Positions 44,797-58,350 of a stretch of 64,000 nt of DNA are shown piece by piece; position 1 is the stretch's first letter; each line of letters opens with the position of its first letter. The stretch covers positions 310,001 to 374,000 of the forward strand of contig NIVC01000561.1 of the NCBI GenBank assembly GCA_002269645.1, given 5' to 3'. Made by a program: the position numbers and the translations under genes. A model generated the notes under the pieces. It worked only from the letters and a program-made list of their open reading frames with translations. It ran no database searches and was not told the origin of the DNA. Origin of the DNA: Macrostomum lignano. Its lineage: Eukaryota.

Positions 44797-47544
44797 GACT
44801 TTCTGAGGTGCACTGTGCTCCGTTTCTAGAAAATTATGTAAACATTTAAAGCTTCACCAGTTGCTAAGTTTTCCAAAATAAAAAGAAAGATACAACAGAG
44901 TCGGTGAGACCACTTTGACTCCACAGCTGTTTCTCTTCTCTCCTCACTTCCCACTCTGGGCTGCCAACTGGCTACCATACATACTGACTTGCTTTCAGGC
45001 TCAACTTCAGTTTTTGCTCTGTTGTGACTTTTGTGTGCTATATTAAACTAAGGCGGGCTGCGGGCACCCCAGTGCAACGCCTTCGGTGACATTGTCCCCG
45101 CATCCATGCGCGTTGAGCCGTCCTGCTCATTGAGCACATACAAGCGCGCCAATACTATACTGCACTCATGCTCACGCTCACAGAGGGTGCACAGCGACCC
45201 TGATTTTCAAATCGTCAGGCATGTGCAGTCTCTTTGCTTTGGGGGTTGGTCTTCATGGCCGTGAATCGCACGACAACCCCCTGCCAATTTTTTGCACATA
45301 GGCACAAAAAAGCGAATTTATGCAAATAAATGCCTATGAGACTACTGTAAGTAAAGATAATACGTATAATATATGGCTGCTGTAGTGCGCTTGTGTGCTG
45401 AGAAAATCATTGTCTCATGGACCGTATATTTGAGCTACTATATAGTATCACTGCCGACGTGCGGCTACAATGTTACGCAATAGTTAAGGGACAAGTGGCA
45501 GTGCACGTTGGTCGAGAGGGCCATTATAGTTAGTCATCACAGAAGAGTAAAGGCATAGATTGGGCGTACACTACAGCTGCCTAAACCAGCCTATTTTTGT
45601 GAATGCATTTTCCAGTACATACAAAAGCCACTCGACGCGTGAAGTAGGCGCTTGGTGACGCGTGGGTGGAGCGTTCATCGTGTAAATTTTTAGCCTGTTG
45701 AACTGAAACTTAATCATTCAATAAATTTAGAGCTTCTACTGCAACTGGAATTGGTTAACAATGCCCTTGCTATATTGCATTGTGTTTCGTGTTTCGTGTT
45801 ATGAAGCCAAATAAATGCTTTCGTCGGTAGAGTTCTGTTCATTCGCATTCTCCTTCGCTTCCAAAAATGACTTGACTCAGTTCTACCTAGACTAACACTT
45901 CAGAACCTCTCTCTCTGACAATGTCCCCAATTGCCTCTGTGCTAATTAGTTAAACAAGTCTATCTCGATCTTCAATCCTGAACATGAATGTTCTACTTCT
46001 ACTGCTTCCTTGATGGTTACAGTCTCAAACAGATGTTAATCGCGCAATTCCGTTCAGCAATTCATTGAAGAGGAGAGGCACAGGCTACTTACTTATCAAT
46101 ACTGTCGTACTTCCATCTTGTCGTGAGTCTCCAGGTGATCCCTAAGTTGGACCGGGATGTTGCAGTCTCGGGCTGATTCAAATAAAGAGGTTCCTTATAA
46201 GTCTTTTGAGTCTAGATGTGGTTAGCTGCTGACTCTGCATATCCTCTGAGTACATGTAGATTAGTCCGGACTAGGAAGTTTGGAGAATGGGGAAAGAGCG
46301 AGAAGAGGAAGGAGGAGGAGGAGGAGCGAGAGCTGCGCATTCTCACTGAACGCAATTGCGTACATTTATGTTTTCTGTAACGCTTTTCATTGGTGTTCGC
46401 TTCACACAATGGGATATTTACTGTTGCACTAGCATGTGCTGTACTTTCCAGACAGGGAGAAAATCTGTCTAATCTACCCTAAGTCGGGTAACTCATACAG
46501 AATGGGGTACTATTTGGAGTGGGGGTAGAGCCTGTGACTAACTCATCATCAGAACCATGGCAACGTGCGCTTCTGTTCATGCGATCGTCATGAGACTGCA
46601 TTCGTACATTGACGTCCCACGTACAATGTTTAAATTGCACTTTTCCCTACCTACATGAGTAAGGCCTCAGCTTGTAACGGTGCCTTGTATGCAGACCTCG
46701 CTTTTATGGCTTTCAATTGTGTCTTACATAGGGAGTCAAGCTTTGCTCAAGACCACAAGTTTACATCCTTATTATCATCCTAATCTCGTCTTTAGGCTCA
46801 TCCTTGAACTCATTCACCATTTTTCTCCCCAATTAATGTCGATTATTATTGATAATTAGCGATTGTAATATTGATTATTGATTGACTCATTCATTCCCTA
46901 ACCCCTATCCAGAGGTAATTGATCTCAGACACGAGACACAAGACAAAATACAAAATACAACAGACAGAAGACAAAATACAAAAGGCAGAAGACGGAAGAC
47001 AAGCTACAGAAGACAGAAGACCGCACGCGAGCGCCTCTACAAAGCTGCAACGCAGCATCTGTAACGCCAACACAGGTGCGTAACCATCAACCCGGATCGA
47101 GGGGCTGAACATTATCCTTAATTTACCTCCGCTCCATTTATTTATGAGGGCGGAGGCTATGAAATCCGCCTCCCGACGTTTTGGAGATGAAACGATAAAA
47201 ATTAGTCACTGAACCCTCTGGCCTCGATGAAAAGTCAAATCCCGCATATCCGTCGTGACCTTTTCAACGTCCACATCCAGCAGGCGATGTGGATAGCCGT
47301 CTCTCCACTCTCAACATCAAGCGGGGCTTCCAGACCGCCATCCTTGGTCGAGACAGCACGGCCCACTAGATGTTGTGAACTGGCGTAGCCAGTGCATTCG
47401 CTGCTCCGCTGACGGCTCGCGGTGGAGCGGGCATCGCCATCTTTCACGAGGGCAAGACGCTCTTTCAGGAAAGACTGCAGCTCCACGAGAACACCTCGGT
47501 TTTTCGCCATTGAGCAGCTGTGTGCCCAGAAATTTCAATATGCA

Positions 47545-47850
47545 TTTTACACTGATAGCTCGTAGTCAAGCCGTTATCAAGGCCTCAACCACGGTTAAAA
47601 TTTCCACTGAAACTACATGTATAGCGCATATCTCAATGCTGCCGCAGTTTTAATCTCTGTCAGTCCTTAACAGGGATCAGAATCACCTGGACACCCGGTC
47701 ACAGCAATATCCTAGGTAACGAGCCCGCAGCTTATCTTGCCAAGGAGGGCAGCAACATGGACGGCTGGAGAGGCTACCCAATGCCTAAGCCCGCAAATCA
47801 CCCGCCATATAAACGGGTGGCTCCACCAGCAACACCAGCCCCTTTGGACA
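47545..47850 (+). mobile_element. Degenerate RNase H fragment of a non-LTR retrotransposon
   Basis: YTDS..QAVIKA and IRITWTPGHSNILGNEPAAYLAKEG (WxPGHxxIxGNExADxLAK motif), broken by stops and frameshifts. Confidence 0.65.
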
Positions 47851-48424
47851 TGCAATGCTTGCGATATGAAAAATAGTTGCTTCTAGACAATCCTACTTGG
47901 AGCGATTTGAGAATTTGAAGCTACCTTCGTGTCCTACCAGACTCCCCAATAGCCGCAGCGGCTGGTGATGAAGAACTGATACAAGTGATTGATTAACAAG
48001 AGTGAAAACCATTCCAGATAGAGAGTCTGATTGAGCACAAATTCTTTTTGCTCAGATAATAACGGCTGATGGATAAGGTTTTGATCCTTATACTTAACTC
48101 GGTAAATTTAGACTATTGATTCAAATTAATTTAGTTAGCACTGGTTAATGCGAATAAACTTTTACAACCGAATCTCGCCATGAGCCGGACCTCAAATACT
48201 TGAAGTTTAATAAGAAGTTAAATAAGACAACGGTGGAAAAATGGCCGGGAGTTGGGAAAGAGACGGGAAAGGCGGAAAAGTGAAAATCAGATGGCGAAAA
48301 TGCAGTTCTACTTATTGTCTGTCGACCCCCCGCTTCCAAGACGTTTGATGGGTGTCTGTAGGCCTTAGATCCTTGGAAGAGTGAACTTGATGAGGTGTTC
48401 TCATCTAGTTATTTTGACCTTTTT

Positions 48425-48550
48425 CGACAGGGGCGCCCACTAAGAGACAGGGGCGCCCACCAAGAGACAGGGGCGCCCACCAAGAGACAGGGGCGCCCAC
48501 CAAGAGTCAGGGGCGCCCACCAAGAGTCATGGGCGCCCACCAAGAGTCAT
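48425..48550. repeat. 20-bp minisatellite (gggcgcccaccaagagacag), about 6 copies
   Basis: Direct inspection; same family as 14715-14890. Confidence 0.85.
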
Positions 48551-49371
48551 GGCTGCCACGTCTCACTCTGATTGCGGTGAGACTGGCTTGTACGATTGGC
48601 CCATGTGACTGATGCCTTCGCAATCGAAGGTTCCATTTTTTCTTAGAACTGATGAGTGCTTGAAAAAAATTTACTCGTAATGCACAGCAAACATTGCATT
48701 TTGTATCAATAGTTTACATTTATCCACGAGGTTAAATAGAGGTTTACTAGGCTACAAAATTTGTCTTTTGTTGGTGTTAAGTTGCTGACAAACCAATGAA
48801 ACAATTAATGTTCGTGTTAGAAAATTTTAAATAATGTCCGAAAATACTGATATAACAATAATATTAAATTTACAACACCTAATTCATTCAGTATGTATAT
48901 AAAATTGGATAAAAAAAGTCAGACTTCAGAGCAGGTGTTTCACGCAAAACTGTCAGATTTTTTTTCACAAATAACCATTTAAACGTTTTTTGACACACAC
49001 ACATGCGAATGTATATAAAATGGCATACTGCGAGGGTAGCGATAGTAAATCTTTCGTCCCATTGTGTGGGGACTGGGGAGAGACAGCAGAAAGTACATTC
49101 AAACAGTAGATTTCCCAATTGTGCATTAGGAAGATTCAGAGTGAAATCTCTATGAGAATCAGTAAAAGTTCAATGAAACGTAGTGTGAGATGCAGGTATG
49201 AGAGTATCAGCAAGGGGATGCCTCTCACCCGCAATCAGTCAACCACCTCTGCTCCAAAAGTGACAACAATTCCGCATACTGCAGTGGTCAAACACAGGTT
49301 ACAGTCTGCTTACCGATAAGGCAGAAAAGCATCTTGCCGCTGAGCTGACAGGCTGAAGAGAAAAATGAAAC

Positions 49372-52300
49372 TCAATCCAGGGGCTTCTCCTGTAGCCCAT
49401 GGATGCCTACTGTATCGGAGTCTGAGCTTCCCATCATCAGCTGCATCCAGTGCTGCTCGAGTTTTAAAAAGTTCTGCAGCCTCCTTTCTCTTTCCGCTCC
49501 CTCGTCGAGCAGGCAGTTGCTCTGCTGCATCTCGCCAGGCTCAGCCCCAGCTTGCAGACTCTCAGCTTCAGCCAGGGCTTTGTCCAGGGCTCGAATCATG
49601 CTTTGCGCAACCAGCTGAAGCAAATGAGGTTTCATAAAACTGAAATATTTGTTAAAAATTTTGCTGTACCAAACGTGGTGGCTGATTTTTTACCTGATTA
49701 AGACACTGAAAAAAATTCATAAAATTATTTCTTTTGATTTTCCTATTTGTCATAACATCAAGCATGCATCGATTTATAGATAATGAGCACTTACCGATCT
49801 GCAAGCTTCATTTGAAAAAAGTAACTGAAATGGTTGTCTGGATGGGGTGTCAAAAGACAACTGCAGCATTTCCTGCATCAGCTCCTCAGGAGAACCAACT
49901 GCAGCACGAAGGTAGCGGATGTCTTCGGGTGGCAGCTGTCGATAAAAACGGCGAAACGATTCAATATACAGATCCGAAGATCGATCCCGAAATTTCGGGT
50001 TTGCCAGCAGCTGAAAGTAAAAATTGAAATCGAGATGCATCGGCAAGTGAAAGTCAATGAAATGGACAATAAAAATAAAATGAAAAATTCTTACTAATGA
50101 AATGAAATTCTGAAATAACTCAGGATTCGCCTGATGAATCACATCCAGATTGAATTTGAATAGATTGAAAAAAGTCCCGTCGTCAATCATTTCAGCCCAA
50201 TTAAAAGCGTCAGATCTCTGGCAAACTTCAGAGACGGTTGCTGGAGAATTTCTTATGATATTTTGTCTCTCAACTAAAGCTGACTCCCGACCAGTCAGCG
50301 AATCATACAGCCGGAAAAAGTCCAGTAGAAGCAATTTTAAATTGTGTAAATATTTCTTTGAAGCAGCTGGCAGAAATCCAAAATCCACTTTATCTTGAAA
50401 AAAAAAATGAAAAACGTTGGCAGAGTCGGTCTCATGTAGGTGCCGCCACACGAGCTCCTTCGCCTCGTCCACCGACAGCAGCTCGCTGCCTCCGCCAGGA
50501 CTCTCCGGACACTCGATGCCGCTGCTCTCCTGGCCCGTCAGTCCTGCTGCAGCACCGGCCGCATCCAGCGGTGCGTGAAATTTGAGATGCGCCATCAACC
50601 TGAGGCTCTCTCTGGCTGATCTGGCGCAGTCTGGCAGCTCACCGATCAGCTGCAGCAGCTCCGACAGGTGCTCGGACTCCGACTGACCCCGCCGGTCCGA
50701 GCCGAGTTTAAGCAGGCAATGCCTCACCAAGCCGCAGATTGAGCTGTAGCCTGAGTACCGCTGCACGTCACGTGACGTACAAAATTCGTCCAGAAGCTGG
50801 AAAGGCTGGAACCGCACAGAGTTGCTCGCATTTTCTCTCAGCTGGCCTTGGAATTGATGCAGCCAGCGAGGAAGCTCGTCAATCACCCCATTGACCGCAT
50901 CCACAATGTCCTTCTTCGGCTGCTGACCCTTCTTGAAGTACACGTCGGCATCTCGTAGGAAGAAGTGCTTCATGCACACTGTATCGGAGTCTGAGCTCTC
51001 CATCATGGCAACCAGCAGCTGCAGCGACTGCCGCACGAGTTGCAGCAACTTGTCTGGCTTCCATTCTTCTTCCGGCGTCTCGTCGAGCATGTAGAACAGC
51101 AGGTTCTTGGCCATGTACGTCTTCAGACCGCTCACCTTCATCTCGATGCTGATCACCTTCTTGATGAGGAACTTGACGAGGATGAAGAACTGGCCCTGCA
51201 CGGTAGTGAGGCTGTGCATGACGGCTCTCTCCAGCAGGGTTGTGCTCACCCGCATGCAGCTGCCAGGCGGTTTGTGTGGAGGCGACGCAGCGACCGCGTG
51301 ACATTTTGGAGAGTGGCTGAGAGCCTCCTGTTCGGAGTCTTCCTTTGGAGAGTGGCTGAGAGCCTCCTGTTCGAGCTGGTTCAGAATGCGCTGAGGCATC
51401 TGGGACGGCTGGCCTCTGCGGTTTGAGTAGCCGAGCTGCAGCAGCTCGATGCGGGGGTAGCGGCAGCAGGGCACGGCTTGTATTCGATCGATATTGACAT
51501 GCAAACGATGATTAAAAGGCTCTGATGAACACATTGTTGCCATGTTAGGTCCCGTGGCTGTGAATGTGAAAAATCTAGTGCTTAGCCTCCTAAACGCTGC
51601 ATAAGAACTAATACAACTACGATGACTGCAATATTTACCAACTTTAATTTATCTTGATTCCAGCAAGCACTCAATGCTTTGCACACAGCCCCGCCAGCAA
51701 GCATTCATTCTCATCTTTTATTTCTCTGGTTACTTTAGCAATCCACATACAAGAAATGCCTTTTAAATTGCTCTTTACTTTCGTCGAGTGCAGCTGGAGA
51801 GCAGAGAGCAGGGAAAGGCAACAAGCAAGGCGGAAAGTGTCTGCCTACAGACCACCCACCTTGAATACAGCAGTCTGTGAGATTGCCCAGAGTTGACGCA
51901 GATAATCCTGCCAGTTTTGCACTGCCGCATCATCTGACATGAACTCCCTCCTGTAGGCTCCACTGCCCGCTTCAATATGGGTCGAAGCGCACAAAAAAGC
52001 CAGAGCTCATTGCAACTACCTGCTAAACCAGAGGGCCCAGGACACTAAAAAGTCACTAGTTTATAATGATCACATGCTCAGGAAGCACTGAGCTACTCAC
52101 AGCCATGCTCATAGTAGGCGTGTCCGTTCTCGCATTGCACTCGGATCGCATCTCTGCCGCAGCCACTGCAGGCGGTCCAGCCGGCAGAGCCGCAGTCAAG
52201 GCACAGCAGTCTATCGGACTCCATCCAGGTGACGTCAATGTCGGAGTCCCAGCTGATCTCCCCGTTCAGAGTCTCCAGGCTGCTGCCCCATCCGTCTGCG

Positions 52301-53241
52301 AAGCTTCCGAACACAAAAATGTCCTTGCAGTCCATCAGGTCTCTCAGGATGTCCTGCAGCGCGGCCGCAGCTCCGCTCTGAACTGCCGCGTTGGCCTGCT
52401 TGAACCCGGCGGCTCGCATGGCTTCGGACAGCCGCGAGCTGAACTGGCGCTGCTCCTCCGCTGACCGGACGGTCGGCGCTGCGGCTTGGCAGGGTGGCCT
52501 TGGGGCTGAGCAGAATGCGGAAATGAAACTCATTAACTCTTCTGGTGCCATTTCTGCTCCAGAAGCAAGCAGCAACTTTCTGACAGAGGCATTGCCTGGA
52601 AGCATGGTAAAAAACGACAGCATGAGGCCCATCGGCCCTGTCTGATCCAGCCTGACACCAGCATCGATCAGAAGTTGCACCGCCTCTGTGAAATCAGTCA
52701 ACAAGGCAAGCTTAAACCACTCTAAGCTCTTTTTTTCATCTATTTCGGCAGAGGCGTCAATCAGCATCCGAGCCATGGACAGCTGCCGACACATGATGGC
52801 CTGCCTGACCAAATCCTTGTTGTTATTGCTGCTCATATCGGCTGAAGCTCCAGCTCGAATCAGCTCGCTGACGATCTCCGGGTTTTCTTTATTAACGGCC
52901 AGGGCTAGGGGAGTCAGGCCATTGCTGTTCAGGAGGTCGACCCTGGCTCCAGCTCTGAGCAGCATGCCAACCAGCTCTGCTCTTCTTTTATGAACTGCTG
53001 TGTGCAGCGGCGTGCAGCCGTCAGCTGCGACCAGGTCGACATTCGCCAAGGCTTCCACGAGCAACCGCGCGGCCTCTGCGTTTCCGAGAAAGCTGGCGAC
53101 GTGCAGGAAGGACCTGCCGTTAGATTCCTGCTCGTCAGGACTGCCGCCATGGATGAGCCACTCAGTGAGGAGGCCGCAGTCTCCCGACTCGAGCGACTCG
53201 AGCACCGACTCGAACTGCGGCGGCTCAGGTGAGTCCGGCAT
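49372..53241 (-). CDS. Ankyrin-repeat Mab-21/cGAS-like nucleotidyltransferase, copy B; exons 53241-52101, 51557-50095, 50010-49795, 49614-49372; about 1020 aa, about 5 ankyrin repeats
   Basis: Same motifs as copy A (GSFADGW...DSDIDV, NIDRIQAV, KTYMAKN); homologous intron positions and phases; intact frame. Confidence 0.85.
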
Positions 53242-55254
53242 GACTTTCTGTTCTGTTTTTTATTGATTTTTGGTGCCACAAAAGTTTATTGCCAGTTTTT
53301 TTGAAAGGAGCTCTAGCTCCTGTGCTTAAAAGAAGTATTTTAGTACTTACGTATATTGTATTGTTGTATTGTATTGTATTGTATTTTTCTGGTTTTTTGC
53401 TTATCCAGACAGTGATTCGTCTCTGTAAGTGGAAGCAAATTAAAAAGCGAGCGAGCAAGGTTTGTCCGTGCACTTGGATAATTATTTTGCACTCCAGACT
53501 TGTTTATGCCATCCAGACAAAAAGAGCCCTCAGAGTGGTCACGTGAGTCACTAGGAGAGAGATGAATCGGAAAAGTGTTCTTATTCTTGTGTACAGTCTG
53601 CTTATGCTTCTGCTCTCCTTGCTGTTCGACCCTTCGAGAGACCGAAGTTCAGTCTTGACGACCTTGTTTCGAACCTTTAATTTGGGTTGACTTATTTTTA
53701 TTGTTAACTTTTCTTAGTTGCATGGAATAAACTACCGGTAGAATCAGCTGGCTTCATCAATTAATTAGCAAAAAACGTGTCACGCTGTAGTCTATAGATG
53801 CAGACACCAAGCAGACAGCTGAAGAGCTAAACATTAATGCAGGACAATACTCTACAAAATGGGTAGACAGACCGCCACCCTACTTGTAGCTATTTAAACA
53901 CGCATAGAAATATGTACTCCGTATTTTAGCCCTGATGCGCATAAAACAGACAGGAATACTACCTTAGACTCTGGAGATTATTACTTTTATCCCCTAAATT
54001 ACCCTTAAATCACCCACACGGAACATTAACAAAAGCTGAACTACTCGTCATACCAGCTGACATAGAAGTTAATTTAAATAATAAACACAAAATTTAAAGA
54101 TCGAACCGAGAACCGCATGCAAAAATCAATCAAATCATCAAATCAGGGCAACAATTAGCCAGGGTCAAAGTCAAAATCGATCCAACACAGCAGATGCTTC
54201 AGTGCAATGAGCAAGCGCACAGCTTCACAAATAAAATTCGGGTGGAATCCTACCTCTGGCGGCTCTTATCCCAATCATTGCAGGTGCTCTGGGAGCCGCA
54301 GGCTGTGTAGCTGGAGGGGAAGCCTGTGGCAATGGAGCTCACCAATCAGACATGGAAAAAAATTCAAGAGACAGAGATCAAAGTAAAAGCAGAAGAGGAT
54401 TCGACACGTTGGGATGGCCGAGAAAGCTGTGATGGTTCTGTGAGCGAGTCTGAAATTGTCAAAGCCATCATGACATTGCATGATAAGGATTTTTAATAAT
54501 GGGATGAGGATGAAAATTCCATTTTTACAACCTTATATTAACTTAGCGCTATTGATGATATGCAACAACAGTTTACGCTGCCTAAAGCACATCAAGCTGA
54601 AGGTTTTTTTAATTCATTTGAATAATAACAGCAGGGATAAGCTGTTAAAAATAATGGAGCCGCTTCCTAGTTGACAAATACACGACTCACAGGTGAAAAT
54701 GTAACCTGCCCAGAGGATGAACAGGAAGATTTTTTAGCCTGCCACTGAAGAAACTACTTTTGCACACATAATCATAATATTACATTAATTACACTGTCCC
54801 AAACAAAGAAGTCGCAGACATAAATGATTATAAAGACTGTATGTATTCAATAAGTTTTTGAAGCTTGGGATTTTACTCTGACAAATTAAACTGTAAGATC
54901 TTGAATTATGAACTCAACGTTCAACATGCAGATTCGACATACAGGTAAATATAATTATTATCGTTTACGTTTTCAGGCATTTTGTTTCAATTGGATGTGC
55001 AAACGAGTCCGTTCTCAGTGCTGATTTTAACAAATTAAAGAAATAAACTCGTGCTCGTGTTGATTTCTTGGAAACTCAGCTCTTCTTAAACTGACAGTTC
55101 TATCAAAAATAATTGGCAGAATATTTTCTGTCTTTTTCGGCCATTGTTTATGTAAAACGGCCTTTTTAGCGCCCCAAAAGTTGTTTTGGTAGTCTTTGTT
55201 TTATTGAGGTGCGGAATCCTGCCATGTGGGTTAAAGCTGCTCGAATAATTTCAT

Positions 55255-56400
55255 ATCTGTAAGGTGACACTGCTGTCTAACACACAGGTGACACTGCTGT
55301 CTAACACAAAGGCGACACTGCTGTCTAACAAACAGGTGACACTGCTGTCTAACACACAGGTGACACTCCTGTCTAACACACAGGTGACACTGCTGTCTAA
55401 CACACAGGTGACACTGCTGTCTAACACAAAGGCGACACTGCTGTCTAACAAACAGGTGACACTCCTGTCTAACACACAGGTGACACTCCTGTCTAACACA
55501 CAAGTGACACTGCTGTCTAACACACAGGTGACACTGCTGTCTAACACACAGGTGACACTGCTGTCTAACACACAGGTGACACTGCTGTCTAACACACAGG
55601 TGACACTGCTGTCTAACACACAGGTGACACACCTGTCTAACACTCAGATGACACTGCTGTCTAACACAAAGGCGACACTGCTGTCTAACACACAGGTGAC
55701 ACTGCTGTCTAACACACAAGTGACACTGCTGTCTAACACACAGGTGACACTGCTGTCTAACACACAGGTGACACACCTGTCTAACACACAGGTGACACTG
55801 CTGTCTAACACAAAGGCGACACTGCTGTCTAACACACAGGTGACACTGCTGTCTAACACACAGGTGACACACCTGTCTAACACTCAGATGACACTGCTGT
55901 CTAACACAAAGGCGACACTGCTGTCTAACAAACAGGTGACACTGCTGTCTAACACACAGGTGACACTCCTGTCTAACACACAAGTGACACTGCTGTCTAA
56001 CACACAGGTGACACTGCTGTCTAACACACAAGTGACACTGCTGTCTAACACACAGGTGACACTGCTATCTAACCTACAGGTGACACTCCTGTCTAACACA
56101 CAGGTGACACTGCTGTCTAACACCTTGACACTGCTATCTAACACACAGGTGACACTGCTGTCTAACACACAGGTGACACTGCTGTCTAACACACAGGTGA
56201 CACTGCTGTCTAACACACAGGTGACACTGCTGTCTAACACACAGGTGACACTGCTGTCTAACACACAGGTGACACAGCTGTCTAACACACAGGTGACACA
56301 GCTGTCTAACACACAGGTGACACTGCTGTCTAACACACAGGTGACACTGCTGTCTAACACACAGGTGACACTGCTGTCTAACGCACAGGTGACCCTGCTG
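55255..56400. repeat. 24-bp minisatellite (gtgacactgctgtctaacacacag)
   Basis: Direct inspection; shorter copy at 61967-62215. Confidence 0.95.
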
Positions 56401-56538
56401 ACTACTGCCAGTAGCTTCAATGCAAAGTTACTCAAATAGCTGTATGATCAACTGTCAAACTCAGCAAATGAGAGAAAGTCACATTTATCGAGCAGCAAGC
56501 AGACACTCCAAGTAGGTTGGTAGACTCTTAGGGGGGGG

Positions 56539-56650
56539 GCGGTAGCCCAGTGGTCCGGCGCGGCGCTCTGATGTGCCAGCGGCCCGGGCTCGATTCCAAG
56601 TGCAGTCGCATTCATTTGGGGCTGAATTGGAATCTCGGCTTGGCTCTGCT
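56539..56650 (+). mobile_element. tRNA-derived SINE-like repeat, copy 2 (head only)
   Basis: tagcccagtgg A-box, gggctcgattcc B-box. Confidence 0.5.
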
Positions 56651-58350
56651 CGAGCAATGACAGAATTGAAGGGACAACGAGTTCGCTAGATTTCTCGAAT
56701 TCATACAAAAGGAGCCCGAGCCCGATGAGCATCTGCCGCTCCTGCGGGAAGGTGGCGTAGATATCAGCGCCATGGACATCGCCGAGATTGACAGCCTACC
56801 AGCAGACGAAGCAGATGATCAGCCATGGACAGCGGTTGAAGACATTCCTCACAGAGGAGAATCTTCAGCGCAATTTGCATACCATTCCGAATTCGGTGCT
56901 CAACCAATACAAGAGCAAGACACCCGAACGTGCTGATGCTGTTGAGGTCGTCGGTAAGACTGTAGTATCGACGGAGGCTGCCTATTCTGTTGGTACGAAG
57001 TTTGCCTTCAACAATTGCACCTGTCACGGATAAGCAAATTGTACTCGTAGAAGTATTGAAAGAATAAGAACGTCAGTCTAGTTTCTTATTTTTATTTAAT
57101 GACTTTCAGTACTTTTATCGACCAGTAGGATGTTAGCCTACAAAAAATTAACATGAAATGCTGACACTGCTTTGTACTGTTGATTTTGCAACTCCTATGC
57201 AGTTTAATTATTTAAATCTTAAAATAAAAGTTTAAATTGACTGACTGATGCAAGATACGCTTTGCAAGATGCTGGATAAAAACTTGGCTTCAATTAATTG
57301 GTTGCGTTGAAATTGGAATTCTAGGCAATGGCCGGCCATTGCCATGGGACATTGCCATGAAGAGAAATTTTGGGCAATGTCGCTTAAAGCGCGCCAGGGT
57401 GCACGCAGCCCCCTGCTTCTAACTGAAAAATATGAGACGCTTGAAGCTTTAAAACTTCTTCGAAAGCAGATTAAAGGTCAATACCAAGGCTGGTGTCTCT
57501 CAGACCCTAACAGAAGTACACACTTATGCCAGAGACTGCAGTTAAGATGATGCTGCAGCTGCATCAGTGCCACTCCCAGTGTCTCGGACTTCTGACTCAA
57601 TGGTTACTTACTTCGAGCAGGTGATGTGAGCACCCAGTGTCCTTGATCTCAAATCTTGAATTCTGATGAGCTCATTAATCTGATTATATTACTGAGTTTG
57701 CGAGCTTAGTTGACAGAAACAGATCAGCACATAATCCAGAGAATTATTAAATTTATTTTTTTAGCGAAAATGAATTATGATTTATTAAAAGCTGTTATAA
57801 TATACATAAAGTCGTTTGCTAAGATTAAAAATCTATCTAATCTCGAAATTATTGATAGTTGTGTAGAAAATCTAGAAAATATCAGTGGCCATGTAAAAGC
57901 TCAGTAAAAGAAGCAAAAGCTACGGGGGACATGGCAAGGCTTTGTTCCCCCACCACCAATAGTCAACCGTTATGAAAATCAATAATTTTGCTTCACTCTG
58001 CCAAAATGAGTGCTAACAGCACCGATTCCCAAAATGATGAAGGAATTCAGTCATGCGGAATTCTTGGCTTTTCCCCCCACCATAAAATCCATGGCGACAC
58101 CCCTGGAGAACACAGAAGAAAGTTACGAATAAAATGAATAGAAAATTTAAACGAAGGATGATAAATATGAATTGTCTGGTGTGCAGAAGAAAACTTAAAA
58201 AATAATTAACAAAAATCTCTGGTTGATTAAAAATGAGTTTATGGCTCTGGGAGGGGCACGGGTCCAGCCTCTTTATGCTGAGACTTCCCATCCGGACAAA
58301 ATCATGTGAACTGCAATGTCAGTCAGCAGGGATCAAAATCCATAGAGCAG

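Noticed and set aside
42562-44829. Plus-strand ORFs overlapping the cGLR genes (also 52066-52993, 60913-61891)
   Set aside because: Antisense shadows of GC-rich coding sequence with no recognisable motifs
45700-46200. Possible decayed retroelement coding sequence
   Set aside because: Multiple stops and no diagnostic motif recognisable by eye
47235-47510. Minus-strand ORF containing GETAIHIAC (ankyrin-like)
   Set aside because: A single short motif without a full repeat or clear similarity to the cGLR ankyrins; insufficient support
56539-56612. Functional tRNA gene
   Set aside because: Anticodon loop of 6 nt, mismatched T-stem and no acceptor stem pairing; better explained as a SINE head
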